From Monocercomonoides exilis PA203 (Eukaryota; Protista; Preaxostyla): a stretch of 64,000 bases of DNA. Where the stretch lies: assembly GCA_001643675.2 (NCBI GenBank), contig LSRY02000026.1:930001-994000 (forward strand), written 5' to 3'. Under the pieces are notes generated by a model, which saw only the letters and a program-made list of their open reading frames with translations, ran no database searches and was not told the origin of the DNA. Each line of letters opens with the position of its first letter. Within the stretch, counting starts at the first letter, position 1. The position numbers and the translations under genes are program-made. Below are positions 10,150-22,594 of this stretch, in pieces.

Positions 10150-12356
10150 ATATGTTTGAGACCAATTCCAATCTTTGATCATTCTGTCAATTATTTTAAC
10201 ATCAATTATGTGAAAAGAGTAATTATTCCATCTTCGTTTGTTATTTCTATCAATGTGTTGATCGCATCCATTATCTGTTTCCAATCATTTTTGATTCAAT
10301 CCTTTTGTCAATTCATATTGTGGAAACAAAAATAACATTAAAATGATAAACATTTATGACAACTTCCCAGCACAATCCTGCAAAATGATGATTGCTTGAA
10401 CACTTTCATGATACAAATGGTTTATTTCACTTGCACACCAAACACGCTAGTGTTATTTGAAAAAGTTAATGTGATTTTGATTTTGAAAAAAATGAACAAA
10501 ATGTGTTTTCATTAATTTCTAAAAAATCAAAAAGACAAATATGCAAACAATCGTATGCATCAATGTTCGTCAATAAAACATAAATTATTTGTGAATGAAC
10601 AACTATTGGATGTGATTGAACCATGTTTTTTTAAATTTTTTTTGGTTATTCATTATAATCACGATTAACTTTTTTTCGCAAAACAACTCTTATTTTTTTC
10701 TTTTGTGATAAAAAAGGAGAATTAGTTATTTATTTGATGTTATTTTGCTCCACACATAAGTCAATCAGATGACATCTTTCTGAAATGTCAACACTCGAAA
10801 CTCTCAATGAAAAATGTTCACAGATAAAGGAGCAAGGATTCCATTTTGAGAATTAAACAAAAATGACAAGTGCAGATTTCAATACAACCTCTTGAATTCT
10901 GTGGAATGGTGCAAAAAAAAAATCATACAAATGCATCAAAAATTGTTTTATCAAAAACTTAATGATATCAAAAAGAATCGCCCATTCATCCAAAGAACAA
11001 TTGCAATTGGCAGTGCTCTTTGAAATACCTCCGAGCCTGTGCTTTTGAGGCTTCAACTCTCATTCCAAATTCCCTCTTCCTTTTTCATTCTCTTTGTTTT
11101 GACTTTTATCAGAAAAGAAATTTCAGGCAATGAGTTTCTTGATGAACTGGGATGAATAAAATGCCAAGCAATAAGAACAATCTGAAATATTCACTGAAAA
11201 TAAAAGAAAGTGTAATTGTTGAAGAAGAATTGCTTTTGGGGACATATAAAAGAAAATCCATTTTTGAATTATTTAGAAAGACGATAAATGCAGATCCAAT
11301 AAAATTGATGTTTTTGAACTCAATGATGGAAAAAGAGAAGAGAAGAAAATGGACTTGTCAGATCTCGTTTTGAATTTATCAGAAGTGCCATTTATCATTT
11401 TTTCACATCGAAATACCACTAGTGTCAACAATGTCAAAAATTGAAAAAGGTTACAAAATAACAATTTTTTTCTCTCTTTCAACAATTCTCAATCATTCGT
11501 TTTTCTTGAAAGGATTGCACACACCTTGGCTCTTATTGACACAAAAATGTCATTGTAAATGAAAATAATAGAAATCTTTGGTAAATTTGTTATTTTCATG
11601 CATGAACAATACTGTCTGAAACATTTGATATTTCAGTGACTCCCCTCAATCACTTCGCACTGAAATTCAATTTCATTTCCAATCTGTAATCCCCTATTTA
11701 TCTTTTGACCTCACACACTTCATAGCATCAAATCAACAAACCTTCTTCTTCAAAAAATAAAAAGGAAAAGAAAATTATCACATTCTTTAAATTTATATAG
11801 TTATTCATATATATATTACTTTTGAAAACAAAGTTTATCACATTCAATTGTCAATAGACATGATTACTGAATCGTTTTTATTGCTGTGGCATTATCTGGT
11901 TATTTCAGTGTTTGTCCCCATCAGCTCTGCTTCCTGAGAAGAGAAGAGAAGAAAAGAAAAGAAAAGAAAAGAAGACATTCAAACAGATTCAATTTGATTA
12001 AGCCTTCCAATCTCAAGACAAACATTGGCTCCATTCAGTGTTTTTCATTTCACAAAAGAGATTGATCTCCATTCAATTCTGAGTATTTTTCTCAAACAAA
12101 ACATAACAATACAAAAAACAAAATTCTCAAAAAAATAAAAGCATGAAACATAAAAACAAGGAAAATATACACACACAATCAATCAATGAAATGATTATCG
12201 AATTTTCTTCACTTGCTGAATAAAGCACATGTCCAGATACCGAACTTTTTCCTGCCCATCACTCCCATACCCCTCACTTTCTGTTCGGCTCTCTCTTGCA
12301 AAGTTCAACACACTGCGACAGCAACGTCACACTCCACTTTGCACTCACCCCCTCTT

Positions 12357-12403
12357 CCCCATCCCAATCCCCATCCCAATCCCCATCCCCATCCCCATCC
12401 CCA
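12357..12403 (+). repeat. (CCCCAT/CCCAAT)n hexamer microsatellite downstream of the receptor-like gene
   Basis: About 8 units seen directly. Confidence 0.9.
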
Positions 12404-12499
12404 TGTACACCCACATTAGCCCCTTGCTCCAAGACTCATCCATCCATTTCATCCAATTCATCTCAATCAACATCCTCATCCTCCTCTTTCCCCCGAATT

Positions 12500-15400
12500 T
12501 CATTCTGCTCCTGTGTTCGACACCAAACACTCGCTCCCCTCCACAGCACATGACTCTCCAACATAGTCCATCGCATCTGTCATCGTGAAGATCAGCGACC
12601 CTGCCGGCAGACACTGTGTCAGCCCCCTCTTCACATCCCCCAGCCCCATCCGCTCTTCTGCCCTTTCTTCAACACATTTCCCAATTATCCCTTTCATCGT
12701 GAAGCTTTTCACAACACACAAATCCGGCCTCTCTCCATTCAAGATCTTATCTCCTGCCACCTCTGCTGGATACTCTCCAAACGGGATCTCCAGCGTCAGA
12801 CACTCCCACAGCATCATCCCCATCGAAAACACCACTGATTCTTTTGTTGCTCCCATCTTCTTGTTCACCTGCAGCTCTGGCGCCTTCCATCTCAGACATT
12901 CCTTCCTGTTGTATTCATCATCCTCAAAAGCCGATGAGGGCAGAGAATCCTCATCATCATCATCACTGGCAGATGTCACAACAGTCGATGATGAGATGGA
13001 TGACGAGTCTGAACTATCATCAGAAGAGAAGTCTGAATGCATCACAACGCAGATGACCATGTGCTCGGAGAAGAGAACAATGTGAGGACTCAGATTGGCA
13101 AGTGACTGAAGTGGGTTTTCCATCTCGTCAAATGAGTGGAGTGCCAGATTAGCTACCCAGAACAGAATTTGAGCAGCTGTTTGCTCTCTTTCCTTCAATG
13201 TGCCAATTGCCATCTCCTTTGTTTTATTCTTTCCATGAAGCAGCATGAACAGCGAATCCCTCAAATCCACAATCAGCTTCTCATGAGGCGATGAACAGGC
13301 CATCGCATCCACCAGATTCGACATTGATGAAGTGGTTGGACACAGACTCTCTGATCGAACAAAAGTCGAATCTGTGTCTGAAGCATCTGTGGTTGAAGTG
13401 GATGAGGTAGATGAAATAGATGGTGAAGGAGTTCGCTTTCTTGTCTCCTCCTCATCATCGACCTTCTCCAGCATCCATTGAGGAATCTTGTCTGAATCTC
13501 TTCCCAAAATGTATTCTGTTGATCCACTTTCAGATAGAAGATGCTCTGATGACTCCGAGTGCCCCAAGCTTTTCTCATATATTCTCTTCTTTATCCTCTC
13601 TTCATTTTTCTTCTCAGCCTCCTTTTCTGCTCTTCTCCACTGCTCCTCTGGCGACATCTCCATCGTCATCATCTCAAACGCCTTCGGATCCTTTCTGATG
13701 TTATCATTCACAATCTCTCTCAGATCGTTGTTCTCATTCTTTTCCTTTCTCCATCGAACAGCCAGAACAATAATGACCGCAAGCAGTATTACAACAATCA
13801 CAATGCAAACAATCAACAACCAATAAGATTTCCCTTCTTTTCCTCCTTCAGCAATATTTTCATCCCCATTTGCCTTGGGCTCGCTTCTGTTCTTCAGAAC
13901 AAATGCATCAGTTGCAGACAACCGCTTTCCATACGCAATCATCACAGACACCTCCTTCTCATCTGGGATCGACGAAAGATTTCTCGAAGGCACCATCCCA
14001 ACTGCTTCCGTTTCACTCACAAACCCATCTTCTGCAAAATGATATGTCTCAATCAGGTCTGTATCCCCAGCTGATAAAATCAGTCGGAATGACAAATCAC
14101 ATGGCAGAAGAAGCACCCCCTTGAATTGAATTTCAATCCCACCTCCATTTTCGCCGGCCGAAGCCCCTTCCAGCTTGGGAATGAAGAAAGGCGATGATCT
14201 TTCTCCTGCGATTCCACCAATGGTGCATCCATCATTCAAAATCCAAAGCGATGAGTTATCCTTCAATCCATCTCCTCCTTTCAAACTCGAAATGGTCAAT
14301 GAAGCAGAATCTGAGCAAATGATGTTTCTTCGAAGAGAAGGATAATTTTCAATGAAAGGATTGTTATTTGCAAACATTCCCATCTCAATAACTGTCTTTC
14401 CTCCTCTTATCGAAATTCCTCCCTTTGACGAATCCTCAATCTTAATTTCTTTTGAGTCAAGATTGGAGTTTTCCACGTGGACAAGCGATCCATTCCATTC
14501 ACATGTTTCTCTGAAATCATTATTTCTTTCTCTTTCGCTTTCTTTTGAAAGAATTCCTTCAAGCTCACACATGTGCATCGAAACATCAGTCATGTTGTCA
14601 AGTTCCATAATGATTCCTTTTTCAGAGTGAGAAGCGCAGTTGGAACAAGAACAATTGGAAAGAACTGTATGAGTGGATGATGAAGAAGCAGAGAAAACAG
14701 AAGCTCCTTCTGAGTTCCTTGAACAGTTGTTGAATGAGGAGCTTCCAACCGAAACACTTCCCGAAGTTGACATGTCAATCGAAATGATGCAACCTTCAGA
14801 CAGCTTCACTCCATCAGCAGATATTCCATCGAATACAACACTTCCACATTTTCTAATCTCAAATATAACAGTTGTTGATTCAATTTGTTTCAGTTTAACA
14901 TTTGTAATATTTATCTCATCTCCATTTAGCAGAAATGAAGGCTTCTTGAATGAAAGCATTGATATTGAGCAGTTGTCAACATGAAAAATTCCATTTTCGA
15001 TGCTCATAAATGTTGAATTGAGAACAACAGATTCAATGTTTTCTGATTGGCCGATCGAAGAAAAGTCAACAGATGAAAGAGAAAGCTGTCCACTTGTTTC
15101 ATGAATAATTGAATTGCCTGAATATGAAAACAACTGGCCAAAATTGAATTTCAATCTTTCAATCCTAACGTTTCCCGATGTCCTGATAAGACTTCCCTCG
15201 TCATAACTAGCAATTGCTGAGTTCAGATGCACCAAAGCAGCTGAAGGAGATTGCAATGAGCGGATGATCACATCATGCACATCACGTTCCCCATTGATGA
15301 TCGTCTCCTCTGAGATCAGCAGCTGCGAGTACAGAGATGGAATAATGTGTTGGATTCCCTCACTCAATGAGTGACATGGAGCACTGAACTCTCCACATTG

Positions 15401-18400
15401 CTTGCTGTCTCCTTGATTGTCTGCAACAGAAGAAACAAATATAGTCTCGCTCTGGTATTTCATCACCCTCAGAATAAGATCTTCTTCCCCCACAAAAGAG
15501 TCTGTTGCGCAGCCCCACATTGCCAGTTCCTTCACAAAAGGTACTCTGAAATCCAGTAAGAATTGTGCATCAACAATTTGTGCATCAATCGAGTGGCATT
15601 TCACATAAACATCTCTTCCCCTCAGTGCAGTATTGTCTCTGAATGTGATATTCGAAAAAACAAAATTCAGAGGCTGTTCAGCTATCGAGGTGCATTCCAG
15701 AAACAGCCACCCGCCTCTTCCTGTGCTCGAGCAGAAACATTCAGAAATCGTGCAAAATGAGCAGTCAAAACTTCCTCCTTCATTCAATACACAAAACATC
15801 CCTCCACCCTTTCCACACCTTGTTCCACCACACTTCTTCATCGTTGTGTTTCGAATCACCATTTTCAATGGCTTGTGATCATTACCATTTCGAATGATGG
15901 GAATATCATATGTTGCGTTCTGGGCAACTTCTTCAAATACGCTCCACTCAATAAGAACATCTTGTTCAATTTCATTATTTATTATTCTTGAACTCTTTGA
16001 AATGCTCAATCCACTCGCCTCATCAAGTTGAACATTCTTCATTGTCAGATTTTTAATGTTCAAAATCGTTGATGAAAGCACAGAAACAATATCTTTTGAA
16101 AAGCAAAGTGATTGCATTGTCACAAATTCCAATTGAACTGTTCCTCCGTCTGCCTTTATCAGTCCATAATTAATCATGTTCTCTCTGCTTTCTTCATTTT
16201 TTGCGAATGAGCAGTCTTTCAGAGTCAACAGCCCTTCGCTTGAGCCAACATGCATCAAAACATTCACTCCACTTGCAAATGAAGATGGAATCACAAACTT
16301 GATCAGTTCGAAATTTGTGATCCCAGAAATCTTTATTGCTGCTTCCTTATCTCCCTCTGCTCCATCGATTGAAGTGCGGCATTCCAAAGAGCATTTATTT
16401 GTATCATCCGATTTTATTGAGATTCCACTGAGATCAATACATTTCTGAAGAATTCCTTTTCCGATGATGGTAATATTTCTTTCATTTAATTCTGGCAGTC
16501 TTGTCAACGAATAATCCATCGACAGACAAGGATAATCTGAGAATCCACAAACACACACATCATAACCTTCGCTCCCAATAAATATCTCTGACCCAATCGC
16601 TCGCCAGAAATTGACCAGTGGAATGGCATTCGTTGTGTCACTCCCATCAAAGCCTCTCATCGAATCCAACGAAATATCTGCCAGATGCCCAGTCACAAAT
16701 GGAAGAGAGGCATTTGTGATGCTCTTTGTCAAATTAGGTGATTCAACAAACAGGTCATTTCCATATCTCGCAATATTTGGCTTGTCTGCTTCAAAAACAG
16801 GTGATGAGATCACAAATGAAGAATACTCATCAATCAGCTTCAGTGCCATCCCTCCCCCAAACCCAATCTTCCGTTCTTCTGCTGGTGCTGTGCATCCTAT
16901 GAATGTGCACGAAATAATATTCATTTGAATGCTCCCTTTCAACTGAGTATCAATGGCCCCTCCTCTGCTTTCATCAGCAAGCACAGAGCATCCATCAAAA
17001 TCACATTCTTCAATATTTATTTGTGTGTTCGTATTTTCATCATTGCTGTTGTCAATGCTCACACAGCCTCCTCTTCCAGCTGTTCTTTCGATTTTTGTGA
17101 AATTACATTCAGTCATGCTCAACCACAGAGTGCTCATCAACTCGGTATTTGTGCTGCTTCCTCTCAACGAGATCAATGGAGTTTCACTCAAATCAATCGA
17201 TGAAGCTGATAATGAATCAATGGCCAAAATTCCATTCTCAGCAAACAAGAATAAAGATGAAAGTTCTGATGGAGGTCCTTGAAGAATCAAAGAACAATGA
17301 GACAAAGTCAGTATTGATGAAGAAGAAGAAATGAAAATGGAGTGTGATGAGAGAGAAGAAGGAAGAGAAAAGATAAGTCTTGAAAATTCGGTTTCAATAC
17401 TTGCTGTTATCATCGCTGGATTGGATGTTTCACTTGAATCAGAGACTGTCCAACCACTTTCATCATCATTTCCTCGAATAACATGCTTTTGTCCAGCAAA
17501 GGTCAATTCATCGCTCATCTGAATCATTCCATTCACAACAACTTTCTTTGTTCCTGTCAACCGTGTGAGCGAATGTTTCATTGTCAAGCAAGGGAATTGG
17601 ACTATTCCACAGCGTGAATGATCACATGCCTCAGAATTGCTCACAAAGATTTCTTCTGGAGTGGGAAGGAGATAGATGCACAGTGGGATAACCAAACTGT
17701 TGTTTCCATTGTCATATCCCCTCACCTTGTCAGCAGTATCTGACGATGCCGTAACACATGTTATCTTTTCTGATTTTGCAGTCATTTCCAAATTGGGTGA
17801 GAAGACGAAGATATCGCTTCCCCACTTGGCTGTGTTTGTTCCAAATGAAGAAGAAATCAGGAAATTGGGATTTTCATTCAATAGCTGGAGAAGGATTCCT
17901 CCCCCAAATCCATATGTTGCAGAGCAATAGCACCCATCAAAAGATCCACCTTTCACATTCACTTCATTCTCATTCCCTGCACACAGCATCATCGATCCAC
18001 CATTTTCTGAACTTGTGCTTCCACATCCTTCAAATACGCTTGAATTAAAATCAATGTTGACCTTGTCATTCGAAAACGACATCACTGCTGCTCCGCTTGT
18101 TGTCCTTTCAATCCCATCAAAAACACATTCTGAAAGTGCCAATGAAATCTCATTTGTTGAAGAAAGCGAAAACAATGAATTTGTGGAAATAGTCGTTGAC
18201 CAGTTCACATGTTCCATCTGAAATACCCCATTCTGTATGTTTATCAGTTCTGTCGAAAATGCTGTTTCTGTTGATTGTCCGCTCTCAAAAGATATGTTTA
18301 GTCTGCTGATCCTCATTCCTCCTTTCCCACTTATCTCAAACAGCCTTGATCCACGGTTATTCGGATGAGCCGAGGCATGCACAAGAATAAGGTCTCTGGC

Positions 18401-20269
18401 AGTCAATATGCCTGTCGAGACTGAAAATAGAGACAGCCCAGATGCTTCAAATTCTGTTTGGATTGCTGTGCTCATATTGCTTTGACCATAAACAGCAAAA
18501 GCATTGACTCCACAATCAAAACAATTTGTTTCGATTATCATTCCTGAAAAGACTTCAACATTGGGAACCAAGTCTGGAATCAATTGTGAAAGGCAACGGC
18601 TGATCGTGCTGCATGGATAAGATTTATCCAGCCCACAAGCATATGTATCTATGCCTTTTGGTTGTGAATCAGTTGAAGAAACAAATCTCACAGTTCCAAA
18701 ATCATTGTTAAGCCATGTACTTTCATCAACAATTGATTCCGGAAGTGTGCTTACTCTATTTAATGTTTGTCTTGTTGAGCAGCAAGTTGAGTCGATGTTG
18801 TTTGCTTTTGATTCCTTAAGAGCAACATCATGTCCTCCTTTCACGCATGTATTATTGTGAAAAAAGCAATAAAACAACAATGTTCCGCTATTGAAACTAT
18901 TTATTAATATTCCAATAGCACCTCCTCCACGCATCGAAAAGCAATGACAAAATAGACAGTTCGAGATAATAACTTGATCAGTGCAGTACCAATGTTCAAT
19001 TGCTCCACCTGTTCCATCTGCACTCCCATTGCATAAACAACTGTAGAAAAATGAATTAATGATGCATTTTTTCTGTTTTTCTGTTTTTGTTGGACGTAGA
19101 TTTATCGCTCCTCCATCGTTGCCAGATGAACAGTTATAGAATGAGCAATCATCAACCATTGACTGTTCGTTAATATTCTCCGACATTATTCCTCCTCCCC
19201 CACAATTTGTTGTTGCTGCTGCTGTGCATTGTTCAAAAGTCGAATGGAGCACAATGCATTCAGCGATTTTCAAAGCATATATTCCTCCACCTCTTGTCAA
19301 GGAAGCGTTGCATCTTGTGAATGAAGAATTTTCAACTGTCAAAATGGCGTTTGCATTATCGTGCACATAAAGGGCACCTCCTTGTGGTGCTGTGCAATCA
19401 ACCCACTCGCATGATAAAAATGTTTGGCTTTCTGTTGTATCCATCCGTTCTTTTTTCTGAAGAGCATTCATTTCTCTTTTTCCGAAGTTTATTGTTGTGT
19501 TTCTGCAGATGAATTCATGTGAAGAATGAGATCCACTCGAAATACCTCCTTCAAAGACATTCACACACGAATAGACAAGGCAGTTCTCCATTGAACTCAA
19601 CAAGCATGAATGTTCCACAAAATGATCGCTATTCGAGGCATATTTCACAGACATGTTCCTGAAGGCACAATTAATGATCTGTTCGCTTTTGCTCTTCCCT
19701 GATAACAGGAAATAGTCTGAGGATGAAACAGCCAGGTCTGTGATGATGGAATTTCTCAAAATAACAGAATTTGAATCATCAGATGACAATACGAGGCTGG
19801 AAGGGTTAATATTCTTTTGGGGGATCAAACTCATATTTGTGAGGCATATTGACCCACTTTGCAAATGAAAAGGAGATGCTGTTTTTTGGTGGGAAATGCA
19901 GGAATCCAACACAATTCTTGATTTATCTGCGATAAGCATCAAAGGTAAAGAAGAATGTTCAATTGCCACATTTTTCAGTCCAACTGTAGAATTGTGCAAT
20001 CCCAAAAATGTGTTTTTCACTGTAGAAAGTTCTGACTGTAATCTTTTCACTTCTAAAAATGTACTCTGCTCAGATAAGTAATTGTTATCAGCCTCTGATA
20101 GATATTGTGCATCATTTGAATAACCTGAACCCAAATAAAGAAAAAGATTGAAAAAATAACAATCCGAAAGTATTCCTTTGTTCTCCAATGTGGCAGCAAT
20201 AGAGGCATGCTGTGCTTCAAATGTCTTCCCAAGAATCAAACATACCAAAATGCACAAATGCATTCTCAT
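12500..20269 (-). CDS. 2589-aa type-I membrane protein: signal peptide, Cys/Ser-rich ectodomain with GGA(I/L)-type beta-helix motifs, TM helix and degenerate TKL-type kinase C-lobe
   Basis: Hydrophobic N-terminus. Motifs QGGALYV, RGGGIYA, DGGAINL, TGGAIEH, RGGAIDT. TM YWLLIVCIVIVVILLAVIIVLAV. Kinase subdomains VIII-XI LRWKAPEL..SVVFSMGMMLWECLTLEIPF..GERP..C....AEERM are present. No GxGxxG, HRD or DFG is recognisable. Confidence 0.85.
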   Translation of the reverse strand: MRMHLCILVCLILGKTFEAQHASIAATLENKGILSDCYFFNLFLYLGSGYSNDAQYLSEADNNYLSEQSTFLEVKRLQSELSTVKNTFLGLHNSTVGLKNVAIEHSSLPLMLIADKSRIVLDSCISHQKTASPFHLQSGSICLTNMSLIPQKNINPSSLVLSSDDSNSVILRNSIITDLAVSSSDYFLLSGKSKSEQIINCAFRNMSVKYASNSDHFVEHSCLLSSMENCLVYSCVNVFEGGISSGSHSSHEFICRNTTINFGKREMNALQKKERMDTTESQTFLSCEWVDCTAPQGGALYVHDNANAILTVENSSFTRCNASLTRGGGIYALKIAECIVLHSTFEQCTAAATTNCGGGGIMSENINEQSMVDDCSFYNCSSGNDGGAINLRPTKTEKQKKCIINSFFYSCLCNGSADGTGGAIEHWYCTDQVIISNCLFCHCFSMRGGGAIGILINSFNSGTLLFYCFFHNNTCVKGGHDVALKESKANNIDSTCCSTRQTLNRVSTLPESIVDESTWLNNDFGTVRFVSSTDSQPKGIDTYACGLDKSYPCSTISRCLSQLIPDLVPNVEVFSGMIIETNCFDCGVNAFAVYGQSNMSTAIQTEFEASGLSLFSVSTGILTARDLILVHASAHPNNRGSRLFEISGKGGMRISRLNISFESGQSTETAFSTELINIQNGVFQMEHVNWSTTISTNSLFSLSSTNEISLALSECVFDGIERTTSGAAVMSFSNDKVNIDFNSSVFEGCGSTSSENGGSMMLCAGNENEVNVKGGSFDGCYCSATYGFGGGILLQLLNENPNFLISSSFGTNTAKWGSDIFVFSPNLEMTAKSEKITCVTASSDTADKVRGYDNGNNSLVIPLCIYLLPTPEEIFVSNSEACDHSRCGIVQFPCLTMKHSLTRLTGTKKVVVNGMIQMSDELTFAGQKHVIRGNDDESGWTVSDSSETSNPAMITASIETEFSRLIFSLPSSLSSHSIFISSSSSILTLSHCSLILQGPPSELSSLFLFAENGILAIDSLSASSIDLSETPLISLRGSSTNTELMSTLWLSMTECNFTKIERTAGRGGCVSIDNSNDENTNTQINIEECDFDGCSVLADESRGGAIDTQLKGSIQMNIISCTFIGCTAPAEERKIGFGGGMALKLIDEYSSFVISSPVFEADKPNIARYGNDLFVESPNLTKSITNASLPFVTGHLADISLDSMRGFDGSDTTNAIPLVNFWRAIGSEIFIGSEGYDVCVCGFSDYPCLSMDYSLTRLPELNERNITIIGKGILQKCIDLSGISIKSDDTNKCSLECRTSIDGAEGDKEAAIKISGITNFELIKFVIPSSFASGVNVLMHVGSSEGLLTLKDCSFAKNEESRENMINYGLIKADGGTVQLEFVTMQSLCFSKDIVSVLSSTILNIKNLTMKNVQLDEASGLSISKSSRIINNEIEQDVLIEWSVFEEVAQNATYDIPIIRNGNDHKPLKMVIRNTTMKKCGGTRCGKGGGMFCVLNEGGSFDCSFCTISECFCSSTGRGGWLFLECTSIAEQPLNFVFSNITFRDNTALRGRDVYVKCHSIDAQIVDAQFLLDFRVPFVKELAMWGCATDSFVGEEDLILRVMKYQSETIFVSSVADNQGDSKQCGEFSAPCHSLSEGIQHIIPSLYSQLLISEETIINGERDVHDVIIRSLQSPSAALVHLNSAIASYDEGSLIRTSGNVRIERLKFNFGQLFSYSGNSIIHETSGQLSLSSVDFSSIGQSENIESVVLNSTFMSIENGIFHVDNCSISMLSFKKPSFLLNGDEINITNVKLKQIESTTVIFEIRKCGSVVFDGISADGVKLSEGCIISIDMSTSGSVSVGSSSFNNCSRNSEGASVFSASSSSTHTVLSNCSCSNCASHSEKGIIMELDNMTDVSMHMCELEGILSKESERERNNDFRETCEWNGSLVHVENSNLDSKEIKIEDSSKGGISIRGGKTVIEMGMFANNNPFIENYPSLRRNIICSDSASLTISSLKGGDGLKDNSSLWILNDGCTIGGIAGERSSPFFIPKLEGASAGENGGGIEIQFKGVLLLPCDLSFRLILSAGDTDLIETYHFAEDGFVSETEAVGMVPSRNLSSIPDEKEVSVMIAYGKRLSATDAFVLKNRSEPKANGDENIAEGGKEGKSYWLLIVCIVIVVILLAVIIVLAVRWRKEKNENNDLREIVNDNIRKDPKAFEMMTMEMSPEEQWRRAEKEAEKKNEERIKKRIYEKSLGHSESSEHLLSESGSTEYILGRDSDKIPQWMLEKVDDEEETRKRTPSPSISSTSSTSTTDASDTDSTFVRSESLCPTTSSMSNLVDAMACSSPHEKLIVDLRDSLFMLLHGKNKTKEMAIGTLKEREQTAAQILFWVANLALHSFDEMENPLQSLANLSPHIVLFSEHMVICVVMHSDFSSDDSSDSSSISSSTVVTSASDDDDEDSLPSSAFEDDEYNRKECLRWKAPELQVNKKMGATKESVVFSMGMMLWECLTLEIPFGEYPAEVAGDKILNGERPDLCVVKSFTMKGIIGKCVEERAEERMGLGDVKRGLTQCLPAGSLIFTMTDAMDYVGESCAVEGSECLVSNTGAE

Positions 20270-22594
20270 ACTGAATGAGAATAAATTTTGATTAAAAAAT
20301 TTAATATTCTCCGTATGATCAAATCGAAATAAATAATGGTTTTTTACACAATGGAAAATTGAAAAAATCTTTCTTTCAGCAAATCATTTTGTGGGCTTTT
20401 GAAATACATCTGGAGCATATCCAAAGCATGAAGCTTCATTGGTTTTTTCATGAATGAATCGGTATTTGCTGATGCAGATGAAATTCTTTCGCTTCAAAAA
20501 ATAAAATATAATAATAAATTTAAAAAGGATGAAACTGAATGAAAGATTGAAAAAAAACCTTTTCAAAAAGAAACTGCTATCCAATCAATGCACAAAAAGT
20601 TGAAAATCTCCCATCCAAAAAATGTCCTCAAAATCACCCTTTGAATGTGTTGTTTCTTATTGACAAATGTGTCCTCTCTCATTGCAATTAAATGATGAGT
20701 CTTTCTTCATCCACTCTCTCTTTCTTCCACTTGTCTGCTGCTCAATTGCTCTCCCTTCATAACTTCCTCCAAATTTCACATCATCCCCTCTCACAAGCTT
20801 TCTCTTCATTTTCTCTCTTCTCCATTCTTCCTTTCACGCTCTCCCCTTTTTTGTCTTGTCATTCCGCTTTGTCTGCTTCTTTCCCGCAAACATCAAAATT
20901 CATTCTTCTCCATTGTTCGTCCTCTCCTTTTTTGCTCTTTCTTTTTTCTTTTTCATCCATTTTTATAAACATCCGATGTTTGACATTCAAAAATACCCAT
21001 CTGTTTATTTTCTGCGAAATGAAACATTTTAGAGACCATTTGTGCTGATTGAGAGGAGATGTTTCGAGAAACCTTCTCTGTATATATTCTTGAAAAAAAA
21101 ATAAAAATAAAAATAAAAATAAATTTATTTATTTATTTTGTTATCATAATTCAAAAAAAATTTTTTTCCAAAAAAAATAAAGAAAAAGAAAACAAATCAA
21201 AAAGTTTTCTATTTTTTCATTCTGAAAATTTTTCATCATTCAAAAAAACTATATTTTTTCTGCAAACAAACAATTGCTCATTTTGTCCTTCTTCATTTGC
21301 TAAAAACTTCCATTGCGAAATATCAACAATCCCATTTGCCTCTTCTCTCTTCTCAATCTCTTGTTCCTCGCTTTCCGTTCTGCATTAGCCCTGCCTCTAT
21401 CTCTTCCTTCTTCCTCCCATCAACCCCATCCTTTCATTCTCTTTTCCATCTTCTTCTTTTTCCTGTCTATGATCGCTCGCTTTCAATTCCTCCAATAACG
21501 TTGTCATTTCTACTCATGCAAAGCCTTCCAATTCATAATCGTTCAACATCACATCCTTTTCTGATCAATTGCACGTCTTTGAATAAAATTTGGTATGTCT
21601 TCAAAATGCCCCTTGTTGAAATACCTAAAAAGGGAAAGATGATGTGAAAGCGAATAGAAAAGCATGAACGAATAAATAAATCAAACCTCTCAACATATGC
21701 AGAGTGGTTGATGTACAACGACTGTTCCAAATTTTATTTTTCAATAAAAAACAGCCAATGCATTTTCAGCAAATTCAAAAAGATTAAAATGAAAATGGCA
21801 GCATATTCAACAAAGAATGTTTATTGGAATGAAATTGAATGTTATTTTTGTGAAACTGTTGAAGTCGCTGTAATCCTTTTGGTTTCGCCTAGCAAGGCAA
21901 ATAAATGCACAAACTATCGAGATCATGTTGCACAGAATATGGTGGAGCCTTCAAGTGCACCCTTGAAAGCTATCTGAAAATTGCTGAGTTTAGTGGATGA
22001 AATCGATATCTCTTCCATTGTTTGCAACATTTTGACTCTGGCAAATAAAAGAGTGATAGCCATTGAACTATGTATTGGATGTTTTGTTTTTCTTCAGAAT
22101 ACCGTTTGTTCGCGTCGTTGAGCTGCGTGGTTGAATTATGATTTGGCGATTTTCCTTCCTTTTAAAAAACACTCTCACTTCCAACCTTTTTGCTTCGACA
22201 GTTCCATCATAAAAAAGAGTTAAATAATTTATGCCTTTTCTTTTTCAATGCTTCTCCAAAAATAAGGTTTTATTTGGAATTTACAGTTATCAAATCATCT
22301 ATTATGGTTGAAAAGATTAAAAATGAGATTTGGAAATGATATAATTTTGTATTAATCAGCAAAATATTCAACTTGTATGTATAATTATTTCGTTACCATC
22401 ATATGGCTTCCAATGTTCTCCTTTTAAATTTTCAAAGAAAAATTAAAATTTTTGAGTTTCCAAGGAACTTTTTGAAAAATATCAATCTAAAAGTTCGAAT
22501 GGTTTCTGTGAAATAATAATTTCTCATTTTATGCTTGTTCTGAAACAATGATTTTTCCCAAAGATAATTTTAGAATTTATTATGTTCTTGAAAC

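Noticed and set aside
12357-12403. Possible interstitial telomeric repeat
   Set aside because: The unit is CCCCAT/CCCAAT, not CCCTAA, and the run is short.
20125-20175. Possible in-frame intron near the 5' end of the receptor gene (pyrimidine-rich, ends TTCAG on - strand)
   Set aside because: The likely donor reads GA rather than GT, and the frame is open either way. This cannot be decided without transcripts.
20600-22300. Short ORFs and coding-like fragments upstream of the receptor gene (also 10300-11500)
   Set aside because: No consistent frame, splice model or recognisable motif.
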